DNA of 64,000 bases from Clostridia bacterium (lineage in GTDB: Bacteria; Bacillota; Clostridia; Christensenellales; Aristaeellaceae): assembly GCA_017428385.1 (NCBI GenBank), contig JAFRQX010000036.1:7325-71324 (forward strand), given 5' to 3'. Below, piece by piece: positions 20,655 to 29,317 of the stretch (position 1 is the first letter of the stretch; each line of letters starts with the position of its first letter). The translations under genes and the position numbers were made by a program. The notes under the pieces were generated by a model that was given only the letters and a program-made list of their open reading frames with translations, was not told the origin of the DNA and made no database searches.

Positions 20655-21010
20655 TTAGGTAGGAGGTAGGAAGTAGGAGAGAGGAGGTATTGTCTTTTGC
20701 TTCGCAAAAGAATGATATGTTGCTTCGCAACATGATATTTCGACTTAATGTCGAAATGATAGGTTCGACTGTGTCGAACATGATATGTTTGGCTTCGCCA
20801 AACGTGATTAGTTATTGACCGCCTCTGTCAGGGTGACCTTGTGGAGGAAGTGGTGTTCCGTATAGGTTGAAGGTCTATATCTCCGGAGGAGATTCTTCGA
20901 CGCGCCCGCAGGCGGGCTTGCTCAGAATGACAATCATTACGTTAGGGGTAATTCTGTAAGTTCACATTGTTCGTAATTATGAATTATGAATTGTGAATTA
21001 TGAATTATTA
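20655..21010. repeat. Mosaic intergenic repeat with five-hairpin TGATA array
   Basis: TAGGAGG-type heptamers, hairpin array 20694-20804, GATTCTTCGAC..GCTCAGAATGAC module, ATGAATT array. Confidence 0.85.
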
Positions 21011-22039
21011 ATAGTTGTGTTTTGCTTCGTCATCGCCGTAGTGGAGGACGCTGTGGGATTTGATGTAGCTGACGACGGAGTCCACGGTGGTGAAGGCCAG
21101 GCCGACATGGGTGTCGGCTGCGCCGTAGTAGATGGCGATGCGGCCGGTGTCTCCATCCTGCAGAGTAGCGCAGGGGAAGACCACATTGGGCACGAAGCCG
21201 CTGACTTCATAGGGTTCTTCCGGCGTCAGCAGGTAGTTGGCGCAGCGGTAGAGCACCTTGCTGGGCTCGTTGATATCCAGGATGGCGCCGCCCATGGAAT
21301 AGACGAAGCCGTTGCAGGTGGAGGAAACGCCGTGGTAGAAAAGCAGCCAGCCTTCAGTGGTTTCAATCGGGGCGGCGCCGGCGCCGATCTTGACGCCCTG
21401 CCACCATTCTCCGCCACTGCCCATCACATGGCGATGCTTGCCCCAGAACACCATGTCCGGGCTCTCGCTGAGGAAGATATCGCCGAAGGGTGTATGGCCG
21501 CTGTCGGAAGGCCGGGAGAAGAGACGGAAGGTTCCGTTGATCTTCCGGGGGAAGAGTACCGCGTTACGGTTGAAGGGGATAAAGGGATTCTCCAGGCGGG
21601 TGAAGGTTTTGAAGTCCTTCGTCTTCGCCATGCCGATGGAGGCGCCGTGGAAATCTCCGCACCAGATGATGTAATAGGTGTCTTCCACCTTCACGAGGCG
21701 GGGATCATAGGCGTAATGGGGCATCATGGGGTTGCCGTCTTCATCGGTGAAGGGAACCTTTTCCCGCTCCACATCCCAGTGGATGCCGTCTTTGGAATGA
21801 CCGAGGTAGACGTAGGGAACGCCGTTGACCTGCTCGCCGCGGAGCACCGCGATGTAGCCGTCTTCCCACGGCACGACGGCGCTGTTGAAAATCCGGGCGA
21901 TTTCCGGGGTGGGATTGCGGCCCAGCACCGGGTTCTCAGAGTAACGCCATACGGGAGTCTCGGTTTTCAGATCCGCAGGACGATCCTGCCAGGGGATATT
22001 GGGGAGAGAGGAGACGTTGAGCATTTTTACTTCAGGCAT
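21008..22039 (-). CDS. Beta-1,4-mannooligosaccharide phosphorylase (GH130_2)
   Basis: PVWRYSENPV, IFNSAVV, YAYDPRL, NRNAVLFPRKING, GFVPNVVFPCA. Confidence 0.92.
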   Translation of the reverse strand: MPEVKMLNVSSLPNIPWQDRPADLKTETPVWRYSENPVLGRNPTPEIARIFNSAVVPWEDGYIAVLRGEQVNGVPYVYLGHSKDGIHWDVEREKVPFTDEDGNPMMPHYAYDPRLVKVEDTYYIIWCGDFHGASIGMAKTKDFKTFTRLENPFIPFNRNAVLFPRKINGTFRLFSRPSDSGHTPFGDIFLSESPDMVFWGKHRHVMGSGGEWWQGVKIGAGAAPIETTEGWLLFYHGVSSTCNGFVYSMGGAILDINEPSKVLYRCANYLLTPEEPYEVSGFVPNVVFPCATLQDGDTGRIAIYYGAADTHVGLAFTTVDSVVSYIKSHSVLHYGDDEAKHNY

Positions 22040-22065
22040 ATGTCTTACTCCTTATTGTCGTTTTT

Positions 22066-22218
22066 AATTCATAATTAATAATTCACAATTCATAATTATG
22101 AGTTGCTGAACTATGGATATGAATGATTCGTGTGACGATCTTCATGCTTTGGCTTTTCGCAGCTGTTATGGGTTGGTGAGTAAATCATTATGAATTATGA
22201 ATTGTGAATTATGAATTC
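22066..22218. repeat. Mosaic intergenic repeat bounded by inverted AATTCAT/ATGAATT arrays
   Basis: Same terminal arrays and 19-bp junction as the 6032-6330 element. Confidence 0.8.
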
Positions 22219-23227
22219 AGATATTCCCATGGGGGATTTCCGATTCCCTGTAAACGGGCTGTCCGCCGACAACCAGGCGGCCGAAGGGCTTGCGTTCTCC
22301 GGCACAGCGCTCCAGCAGGGCTTTGACTGCCAGCTCGATCATGCCGTCGGTATCGATGCGGAAGGTGCTGAGCGGCACATCCCCGGGATTGCCCTGGGGG
22401 AAGTCATCAAAACCGGTGACGGAGATATCCTCCGGAACCCGGTAGCCCTTCTCCTTGAGGAGGCTGATCAGCATCCGGGCGGTGATATCGCAGTTGCAGA
22501 CGAAAGCGGTGGGAAGTTCATCTGGCAGAACCGGATCCACCAGGCCGCCGGTCAGCTCGCGGTCCGGAAGGATCCACTCCTCCCGCACCTGCAGGTCGTT
22601 GAGCAGCATCGCCCGGTAATAACCCAGGAAGCGGTCCATGATACTGCTGGTGGCTTTGATGTTGCCGACAAAGCCGATCTTTGTATGTCCCCGGCGGATC
22701 AGGTGGCTGGTCAGCCGGTAGGCGCCGTAGCTGTTATCCCCGGCGACCGCGTCGGCATTGGCCTGCTCATCATAGAAATCCAGGAACACGATGGGCACCC
22801 CGGCCTGCGCGACCTTGCGGTAATAAGCCTTGGCCGGCTCGCCCAGGAGGATCAGCCCGTCCGCGTGACCGGAGGTCATGAGGTTGGGAAGGACGCCTTC
22901 CTTTTCGTTCTCCGGGGTCAGGATCTCCAGCAGGCCGAAATGTCCCAGATCCGCCAGCTTCTTGATCAGCTGCTTGCAGAGGATGGCGTAATAGGAATCC
23001 GGCTCGAAGTATTTATCCGGGATCACGATCCCGATCTCCAGGTGATCGTGGAGGATGTTCCGGGTTCCCCGGGGATACGAATAACCCATCTCATCCGCTT
23101 TTTTGATAATCTTTGAGCGAAGCTTGTCGCTCATGCCGGATTTACCCGCCAGCGCCTTGGAAACCGTGACCGCACTGGTCCCCACGGCTTTGGCGATATC
23201 CCGCATCGTCGCTTTCTTTGCTGCCAA
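22217..23227 (-). CDS. LacI family transcriptional regulator
   Basis: HTH TMRDIAKAVGTSAVTVSKAL; sugar-binding domain (VPEDISVTGFDD). TTG start after GAAAGGA chosen; frame open to 23266. Confidence 0.93.
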   Translation of the reverse strand: MAAKKATMRDIAKAVGTSAVTVSKALAGKSGMSDKLRSKIIKKADEMGYSYPRGTRNILHDHLEIGIVIPDKYFEPDSYYAILCKQLIKKLADLGHFGLLEILTPENEKEGVLPNLMTSGHADGLILLGEPAKAYYRKVAQAGVPIVFLDFYDEQANADAVAGDNSYGAYRLTSHLIRRGHTKIGFVGNIKATSSIMDRFLGYYRAMLLNDLQVREEWILPDRELTGGLVDPVLPDELPTAFVCNCDITARMLISLLKEKGYRVPEDISVTGFDDFPQGNPGDVPLSTFRIDTDGMIELAVKALLERCAGERKPFGRLVVGGQPVYRESEIPHGNI

Positions 23228-24431
23228 TTGTTCCAGTCCTTTCTCCTGCTCCGGCGTATTCACCAATCAGCCGGAGGCACATTCTTCCGTTGTGGTACGG
23301 GCACTTCCACTCGTCCGCTTCGGGCTTGCCGAGGGAAATCCCGCTTTCATCCAGTTCGTTGAACCATTCGCCGCCGTTCCGGGGATCCACAAAGACCCTG
23401 CGGATATAGTCCCACTGCTGTTCCATCCGCTCCAGCCAGACTGGATCTCCCGTGAGCCGGAGGCCGAAGTCAAAGCCCAGCATGGTTTCCGCCTGGGGCC
23501 ACCAGGCCCGGTAGGTGCTGGCCTCACCGTTCACGCATTCATAGAGAAGCCCGCGGTCCGAGAGACCGCGTTCCGTGACGCTGCGCAGCAGCTCCAGACA
23601 CATGGCCCGGTAAGGGGCGCGATCTTCCGCCTTGAGGATCAGGGTTTCCGCAGCGTCCCAGAGCAGCCAGGAAGCTTCAATATCGTGGCCGTAGCTCTGC
23701 ATGTCCAGCAGGGGACGCCAGGCGGCGTCGAAAAACACCTCCAGGCGGCGCTTTACCGGATTCATGACCTGATTCAGGCATTGCCGGAGGCCGGCTTTGC
23801 CCGCAAGGCGGACCTGCTCATCCGGACGGGCACGGTACAGCTCCGCATAGGCTTCGATCACATGCAGGAGCGTGTTCATGGTCCGGGAGGCCAGCACGCC
23901 GTTCTCGCTCAGCTTTTCATTGCTTTCGGGCGTGAAGGCTGCCGTCTGCGCTTCCAGGTATCCGCCCGCGTCCCGGCATTTGGTTTCGATGACGCGAAAC
24001 AGGGAACGGGCCCTGTCCAGCGCGCCGGGATTGCCTGTGAGCCGGTAATAGGCCGCCAGTCCGTAAACGGCGAAGGCCTGACAGTAGGTATGCTTGGTGG
24101 TGTCCGCCGGCTTTCCGTCATAAGTGACAGACCAGAACAGGCCGCCGTTTTCCGGATCCCCGAAGCGGTCCAGGAAACGATAGGCATGATCCGCGTATAC
24201 CCGCAGGTCCGGCCGTTTCAGCACAGCGGCAGCCGTCGAAAAGAACCACAGGATACGGCTGTTCAGGATGCAGCCTTTGTCTGCTTCCCGGTTCAGCTGT
24301 AAATCACTGTCGACATATCCGTAATATCCGCCGTAAGTGTTGTCCAGCAAGGCTTCCCAGAACGGAAGGATTTTCTGTTCCAGGTGTTCGCAGACTTCGG
24401 ATATAAGCGCGGCCGGTTCTTTGTTAACCAT
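23142..24431 (-). CDS. Cellobiose 2-epimerase / mannobiose epimerase (AGE family)
   Basis: KGCILNSRILWFFS, TMNTLLHVIEAY, SYGHDIEASWLL, WKCPYHNGR catalytic His motifs. Confidence 0.93.
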   Translation of the reverse strand: MVNKEPAALISEVCEHLEQKILPFWEALLDNTYGGYYGYVDSDLQLNREADKGCILNSRILWFFSTAAAVLKRPDLRVYADHAYRFLDRFGDPENGGLFWSVTYDGKPADTTKHTYCQAFAVYGLAAYYRLTGNPGALDRARSLFRVIETKCRDAGGYLEAQTAAFTPESNEKLSENGVLASRTMNTLLHVIEAYAELYRARPDEQVRLAGKAGLRQCLNQVMNPVKRRLEVFFDAAWRPLLDMQSYGHDIEASWLLWDAAETLILKAEDRAPYRAMCLELLRSVTERGLSDRGLLYECVNGEASTYRAWWPQAETMLGFDFGLRLTGDPVWLERMEQQWDYIRRVFVDPRNGGEWFNELDESGISLGKPEADEWKCPYHNGRMCLRLIGEYAGAGERTGTIGSKESDDAGYRQSRGDQCGHGFQGAGG

Positions 24432-24478
24432 ACTGTTAACCTCACGATTCATTATAAGGAAAAGACGGCTTCTGTCAA
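24423..24478 (-). promoter_or_regulatory. Internal sigma-A promoter with overlapping GTTAAC-N6-GTTAAC operator
   Basis: TTGACA(24478-73)-16-TATAAT(24456-51); gttaac pair 24423-24440 over RBS/start. Confidence 0.75.
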
Positions 24479-24496
24479 TTGAAGCAGGGGCGGGAA

Positions 24497-25372
24497 TCAG
24501 CCCTTCACAGATCCGCTGGCCAGGCCGGCGTAAACCTGTTTCTGGAAGACCAGGAAGATAATGAGACTGGGGATCAGCGTCAGCAGGACGCCGGCGCAGA
24601 TGATGTTATAGGAGCTCTTGAAGGGACCGGAGAAGGAGTACAGGGCGGTGGAAATGGTGCGCCAGGAGTTGGACTGGAGATAAAGATTGGCGCTGTAGTA
24701 CTCATTGTAGACGCCCACACCCTTCAGCACGGCCACGGTGATGATGGCCGGTTTGGTCAGGGGCAGCAGGATTTTGAAAAACACCCCGAAGTAGGTGCAG
24801 CCTTCCAGCACGGCGGATTCATCCAGCGCCCCGTCCAGGTTTTCAAAATACTGGAGGAAGATATAGATGGAGATGACGTCCGTGCCGCTGAGCAGGATCA
24901 TGTAGCCGGTGATGGAATTCAGCAGCCCCAGGTTCTTCATGATCTGGTAGGTGGTGACCTGCATGGCGATGCCGGGAATCAGGGTGGCGATCATGAACAG
25001 GTTCCGGATCAGCCCGTTGCCGGGGAAACGGAAGCGGTTCAGGACGTAGGCCAGCATGGAGCCCATCATCACGGAGACGGCCACCACGACGATGACCACC
25101 GAGGCGGAGGTCAGGAAAGCCCGGAGCATATCGCCTTCCGTCCAGACCTGTACATAGTTGCCGAAGTTGAACCAGTTCCGTGGCAGGGCCATGGCGTTGG
25201 TGGAGGCGTACTCCTCTGCGCTTTTGAAGGACGTGGTGAAGGAGGACCAGATGGGCAGCAGCGCGATAAAGCAGGCCAGGAACAGCGAAAGATACTCCAG
25301 GGCCCGGATGACGGAACGCCTGATCCGGGCGCCGCGGTTGGATTCCCGGACGGCGTGGACTGCGATGGACAT
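24497..25372 (-). CDS. Carbohydrate ABC transporter permease (MalG-like)
   Basis: EAA-like loop LDESAVLEGCTYFGVFFKILLPL; TM helices. Confidence 0.93.
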   Translation of the reverse strand: MSIAVHAVRESNRGARIRRSVIRALEYLSLFLACFIALLPIWSSFTTSFKSAEEYASTNAMALPRNWFNFGNYVQVWTEGDMLRAFLTSASVVIVVVAVSVMMGSMLAYVLNRFRFPGNGLIRNLFMIATLIPGIAMQVTTYQIMKNLGLLNSITGYMILLSGTDVISIYIFLQYFENLDGALDESAVLEGCTYFGVFFKILLPLTKPAIITVAVLKGVGVYNEYYSANLYLQSNSWRTISTALYSFSGPFKSSYNIICAGVLLTLIPSLIIFLVFQKQVYAGLASGSVKG

Positions 25373-25391
25373 AAACCTGTTTCCTCCCTTC

Positions 25392-26354
25392 TCACCAGAG
25401 CGCCTTGGCCTTGTTGGCCTTGGCGTTGAAGGTGCTTTCGGAATCCTTCATCACATACCGGAAGAACAGGCGCTGCAGCACCGTGAACAGCAGGATCAGC
25501 GCCATGAGGACCATGGCCATGGCGCAGGCCTGGCCAACCTTCTGGGACACGTGAGCCATCTGGTGGATCTTGATAAAGAAGGTGGCGGTGCCATTGGCGC
25601 CCATGCTGCCCACGACGTAGGCAGGCTCGAAGGCGGACAGGGATCCGGTGATGGACAGGATGAGGTTGAGCATGAACACGGTTTTGATGCCCGGCAGGAT
25701 GATGGCTTTGAACTGCTGCCAGCGGTTTGCGCCGTCAATGGTGGCCGCCTCATAGAGGGTCGGATCGATGGAGGCGATGGCGCCGATAAACAGCACCATG
25801 TTCTGGCCGCAGTATTTCCAGACGGAGGTAAAGACCAGGGACCAGTTGTTGACACTCTGGTCCCGCAGCCAGTAGGGCAGCTTTTCCAGCGGGATGCCGA
25901 TGGCCTGCAGGACCGTGTCCAGCACGAAACCGTGAGTAAAGAAATACTTGAAGATATAACCGATGGCGATACCGTTTACCAGGAAGGGAAAGAAGAGCAC
26001 AGCCTTATAAATCCCCGATCCCCTGAGCCGCTCCAGGCTGAGGACGGAAGCGAAGAAGAGAGCCAGGGCCAGCTGAACCACGGCGCCGGCCATGTAGTAA
26101 AGGCTCAGCAGCATGGCGTCCACATACTCGGGCTTGGTGAAGATCTTCAGGTAGTTGTCAAAACCGACAAATCCCTTGTCCTTCGTGTAGCTCATGTTGT
26201 GGAAGCTGAACTGGATCATCTTCCCGAAGGGGATGTAGGTGAACAGGATCAGCAGGAACAGCGGGACGACCGCGAACAGAAAGATGACAAGCACTTTCTG
26301 CCAGTTGATTTTCCCTCGGCGCAGATCCGGCTGCACGGTACTGACGATACTCAC
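25392..26354 (-). CDS. Carbohydrate ABC transporter permease (MalF-like)
   Basis: LYEAATIDGANRWQQFKAIILP EAA motif. Confidence 0.93.
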   Translation of the reverse strand: MSIVSTVQPDLRRGKINWQKVLVIFLFAVVPLFLLILFTYIPFGKMIQFSFHNMSYTKDKGFVGFDNYLKIFTKPEYVDAMLLSLYYMAGAVVQLALALFFASVLSLERLRGSGIYKAVLFFPFLVNGIAIGYIFKYFFTHGFVLDTVLQAIGIPLEKLPYWLRDQSVNNWSLVFTSVWKYCGQNMVLFIGAIASIDPTLYEAATIDGANRWQQFKAIILPGIKTVFMLNLILSITGSLSAFEPAYVVGSMGANGTATFFIKIHQMAHVSQKVGQACAMAMVLMALILLFTVLQRLFFRYVMKDSESTFNAKANKAKALW

Positions 26355-26389
26355 GGGGGATGCACCTCCCTGGTGTTTGGATGAAAGAA

Positions 26390-26422
26390 GGCGGGTCCGG
26401 GGGAGTGTTTCCCGGACCCGCC
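26390..26422 (-). other. Strong GC stem-loop after substrate-binding gene (mRNA stabiliser or partial terminator)
   Basis: ggcgggtccggg / cccggacccgcc 12-bp perfect stem, weak U tail. Confidence 0.7.
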
Positions 26423-26472
26423 CGGAGGAGATGACGGCTATAGGGAAAGCCGCCCATTATGAAAAGCGATGA

Positions 26473-27807
26473 TTACTTGACTTCAACGTTCAGGGCAGCC
26501 TGCGCGTCGCTCCAGGCGGCGTTCCAGTCAGCCATGATTTCGTCAAAGGTCTTGTCGTGGTTGAAAGCGTGCTCGATGATTTCCTGCACCTTGGTGTTGC
26601 CGCCGGCGTTGAAGTTCAGTTCAGACTCGGCGTTCATCTCGTTCAGCAGGGTTTCCTCTCCGGGCAGGGAATCCGCGTCGGACAGCATATCGATGCCGTC
26701 GAAAGCAGCGTACAGGTCCGGATATTCGCCGCTCTTATCGATCGGGACGCCGCCTTCGCTGTAGGCGAAGCCGCTTTCGTGGGTCAGCCACTTCAGGTAG
26801 TACATGGAAGCCAGCTTCTCTTCATAGGAAGCCTGGACGTTGATGGCAAAGTTGTAGTCGCCGCCGGCGGGAGCATACTGCTTTCCGTCGATGGAGATGG
26901 GGAACGCCATGTAGCCGACGTCTTCCGGATGCTCGCCGCCTTCAGCGTCACGCATCTGGGTGAAAGCCCAGGAACCCAGCACCATGGAAGCGATCTGGCC
27001 GTTGTTCAGCATCGGCTTGCAGCCTTCCCAGTCGGTGGTGGTGTAGTCGTCTTCGATCAGGCCTTCAGCAGTCGCGTCGTACAGGATCTTATACACGGCG
27101 TAGGGGCCGGTGCCGTTGCCCTGATCCGCGAAGGGATCCTTGGCATGGGCCAGTTCCTGGTTCATGTAGGTGTCCTTGCCGGTGGCGGCGACGCCGATGT
27201 AAGCGTCCCAGGCACCCATGGTCCAGCCGGCAGCATAGTTGGTGTACAGCGGGATGGCGTCGGTTTTTTCCTTGACAGCCTTCAGGGCGGCGATGAACTC
27301 ATCGGGGGTCTTGGGCAGCTCGGTCACGCCGGCTTCCGCGAAGATCCGCTTGTTGTACAGGACGCCGTTGGCATTGCCGGTGGAAGGAATACCGTAGCAG
27401 ATGCCGTCAAAGGACCAGGAGCTCATGAAGTTGTACAGGCCGCTCAGGGTCTCCAGGGAGCCCAGCGGAACGAAGTACTTGGACAGCTCGTCCTTCTGCA
27501 CGGTGGGGATGCCCATGATGGTCCAGTCGGTGTTGCCGACGCGCATGAGGGCGTTTTCAGCATAGTCTGTGATCAGTTCGTACTCGATCTCCACGTTGGG
27601 GTAGATCTGACGGAACGCTTCCACATAGCCGTTCAGCTTGTCCGCGATATCGGTGCGGTGATAGGCAAAGTGGATCTTGGCAGTCAGGTCGGTGTTTTCG
27701 CCCAGGACGATCTGATCGAAGGTGGGCAGGGTTTCTTCCGCGGAGGCGAAAGAGGCCAGGCCGAGCATCAGGCAAACAGCCAGGACCAGGGACAGAATTT
27801 TCTTCAT
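26473..27807 (-). CDS. Carbohydrate ABC transporter substrate-binding protein (manno-oligosaccharide by context)
   Basis: Signal peptide; family-1 SBP motifs (GVLYNKRIF, LPKTPDEF). Confidence 0.92.
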   Translation of the reverse strand: MKKILSLVLAVCLMLGLASFASAEETLPTFDQIVLGENTDLTAKIHFAYHRTDIADKLNGYVEAFRQIYPNVEIEYELITDYAENALMRVGNTDWTIMGIPTVQKDELSKYFVPLGSLETLSGLYNFMSSWSFDGICYGIPSTGNANGVLYNKRIFAEAGVTELPKTPDEFIAALKAVKEKTDAIPLYTNYAAGWTMGAWDAYIGVAATGKDTYMNQELAHAKDPFADQGNGTGPYAVYKILYDATAEGLIEDDYTTTDWEGCKPMLNNGQIASMVLGSWAFTQMRDAEGGEHPEDVGYMAFPISIDGKQYAPAGGDYNFAINVQASYEEKLASMYYLKWLTHESGFAYSEGGVPIDKSGEYPDLYAAFDGIDMLSDADSLPGEETLLNEMNAESELNFNAGGNTKVQEIIEHAFNHDKTFDEIMADWNAAWSDAQAALNVEVK

Positions 27808-27844
27808 TGGGTGGTTCCTCCTCTTTTTGATTAATGAGTTTGTT

Positions 27845-27903
27845 AGGTTAACAAGTTAACCTTTGCTGTTTACATATTAACCATACAATGAGAATTTTGT
27901 CAA
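27845..27903 (-). promoter_or_regulatory. Mannan operon promoter and palindromic operator
   Basis: TTGACA-17-TTAATA; 18-bp palindrome aggttaac-aa-gttaacct just downstream. Confidence 0.75.
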
Positions 27904-28124
27904 CGTCCAGAAAAACGTTATGATTCTTGTAAACTATGATTTGTAAGCTTTTTGAAGAAAACAGAAAAACCTTGCTGAACAACTTAAAACAAGTTAACAA
28001 AATAGTTAACAAAGTACATTTTCAGAGCAAAAAAATTTTTGAATTTTATCTAAAAACAGGAAAACGAAGCGGAAATATCGGAAGGAGATCCGGGACGAAG
28101 AGCGGCAAGGACGGGGGAAAGCCC

Positions 28125-28154
28125 TTGACACTGTCTGTTGTCCCGTAGTATAGT
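28125..28154 (+). promoter_or_regulatory. Sigma-A-like promoter of the esterase/GNAT operon leader
   Basis: TTGACA-18-TATAGT. Confidence 0.6.
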
Positions 28155-28187
28155 CAATCCAATCTGAAAGAAAGGAATGCTCTACTG

Positions 28188-28307
28188 ATGCAGCGTAACG
28201 GATCCAAATACAGTGAATCTATTATGATCTCCGCGAATGGCATGATGCAGATTCGCATTATTTCCGTATACGGTCATACAGTCAGAGAAGAGCAGTCCGG
28301 CATATAA
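28188..28307 (+). CDS. Leader peptide MQRNGSKYSESIMISANGMMQIRIISVYGHTVREEQSGI (39 aa; true start could be a downstream Met)
   Basis: AAAGGA 11 nt upstream; stop 14 nt before terminator; 3' codons complementary to terminator 5' arm and loop. Confidence 0.55.
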   Translation: MQRNGSKYSESIMISANGMMQIRIISVYGHTVREEQSGI

Positions 28308-28321
28308 ACCAGGATTTATCC

Positions 28322-28355
28322 AGCCGCTTATCTCTGACAGATAAGCGGCTTTTTT
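28322..28355 (+). terminator. Leader (attenuator) terminator
   Basis: 12-bp perfect stem agccgcttatct/agataagcggct plus T-run, 39 nt before the esterase start. Confidence 0.88.
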
Positions 28356-28393
28356 GATACCCAAAGGCGGGATCAGAAACACGGGAGGGAAAA

Positions 28394-29311
28394 ATGATAA
28401 ACAGTCTGAAAAGATGCTGTGCCGTTCTGGCAGCGGTTCTGCTGGCAACAGCGGCGCCGGCTTTTGCGGAAGAAAAGACTGTGCGGACAGAAAGCTGGAG
28501 AATGGAAAACCGCAATGAGGTTTTTGCCTGGATTCCGGAGGGGCTTCCGGCAGAACCGGTTCCCATGGTGCTGGCGATGAACTGTACAAACGGCAATCCG
28601 CAGGCGGAAGTGAAAACCAACGGCTGGGACGTGCTGTGCGCGGAGGAGGGCTTCATTGTCATTGCGCCGGAATACAGGGACAGTGCATCCTATGAAGAAA
28701 CAGATTATCTCCGCATGGTGATTGAACAGGCGGTCAGCCGGTATCCGGTGGATCCGTCCAGGGTTTACGCCACGGGCTTTTCCAATGGCGGAGCGGCGGC
28801 GATTGCGCTGGCTTCGGAATATCCGGAACTGATCGCCGGGATTTCAGCGGCCGGGTGGCTGGTGGAAGTGAAAAACACGGAGGGGCTGCTGACGCCCTTC
28901 CAGGTGCTGAAGGGAACGGAAGAATTCACCGTCCGGAACGGGCAGGGCGATATGGAACTGATGGAAGATGAAAAGAACGCCCTGCGGACCCTGTTTGAAA
29001 TGAACCGAATGCCTTCGGGCGAAACAGATTATCACGCGGTGCCTTACTGGGGGTACAGGCCGGACCGGCAGGAAAGTATCTGGCCGGAATACAAGGACTA
29101 TCATTATTACGGCGGAAGCGGTATTCCGCAGAGCAACGTGGAGTGGCAGATCAGCGATTACTGCCTGGAAGGCTATGAAGCGCCTTTTGCCCAGCTGGTA
29201 CTGATTGAAGGCGCGGATCATACGCCGCATGATTATCATGCCAGGATTGCGTGGGATTTCTTCTCCCGCTTCAGCCGGAACACAGACGGAACGATAACTG
29301 AAAGGAAATAA
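28394..29311 (+). CDS. Secreted PHB-depolymerase/LpqC-family esterase
   Basis: Signal peptide; VYATGFSNGG nucleophile; GADHTPH. Confidence 0.85.
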   Translation: MINSLKRCCAVLAAVLLATAAPAFAEEKTVRTESWRMENRNEVFAWIPEGLPAEPVPMVLAMNCTNGNPQAEVKTNGWDVLCAEEGFIVIAPEYRDSASYEETDYLRMVIEQAVSRYPVDPSRVYATGFSNGGAAAIALASEYPELIAGISAAGWLVEVKNTEGLLTPFQVLKGTEEFTVRNGQGDMELMEDEKNALRTLFEMNRMPSGETDYHAVPYWGYRPDRQESIWPEYKDYHYYGGSGIPQSNVEWQISDYCLEGYEAPFAQLVLIEGADHTPHDYHARIAWDFFSRFSRNTDGTITERK

Positions 29312-29317
29312 AGAATA

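Noticed and set aside
20694-20810. CRISPR array
   Set aside because: Constant part is only 5 nt, units about 23 nt and self-complementary, no cas genes.
28155-28355. Metabolite riboswitch or T-box
   Set aside because: No recognisable aptamer or T-box consensus; uORF-overlapping antiterminator explains the structure better. Rfam scan not run.
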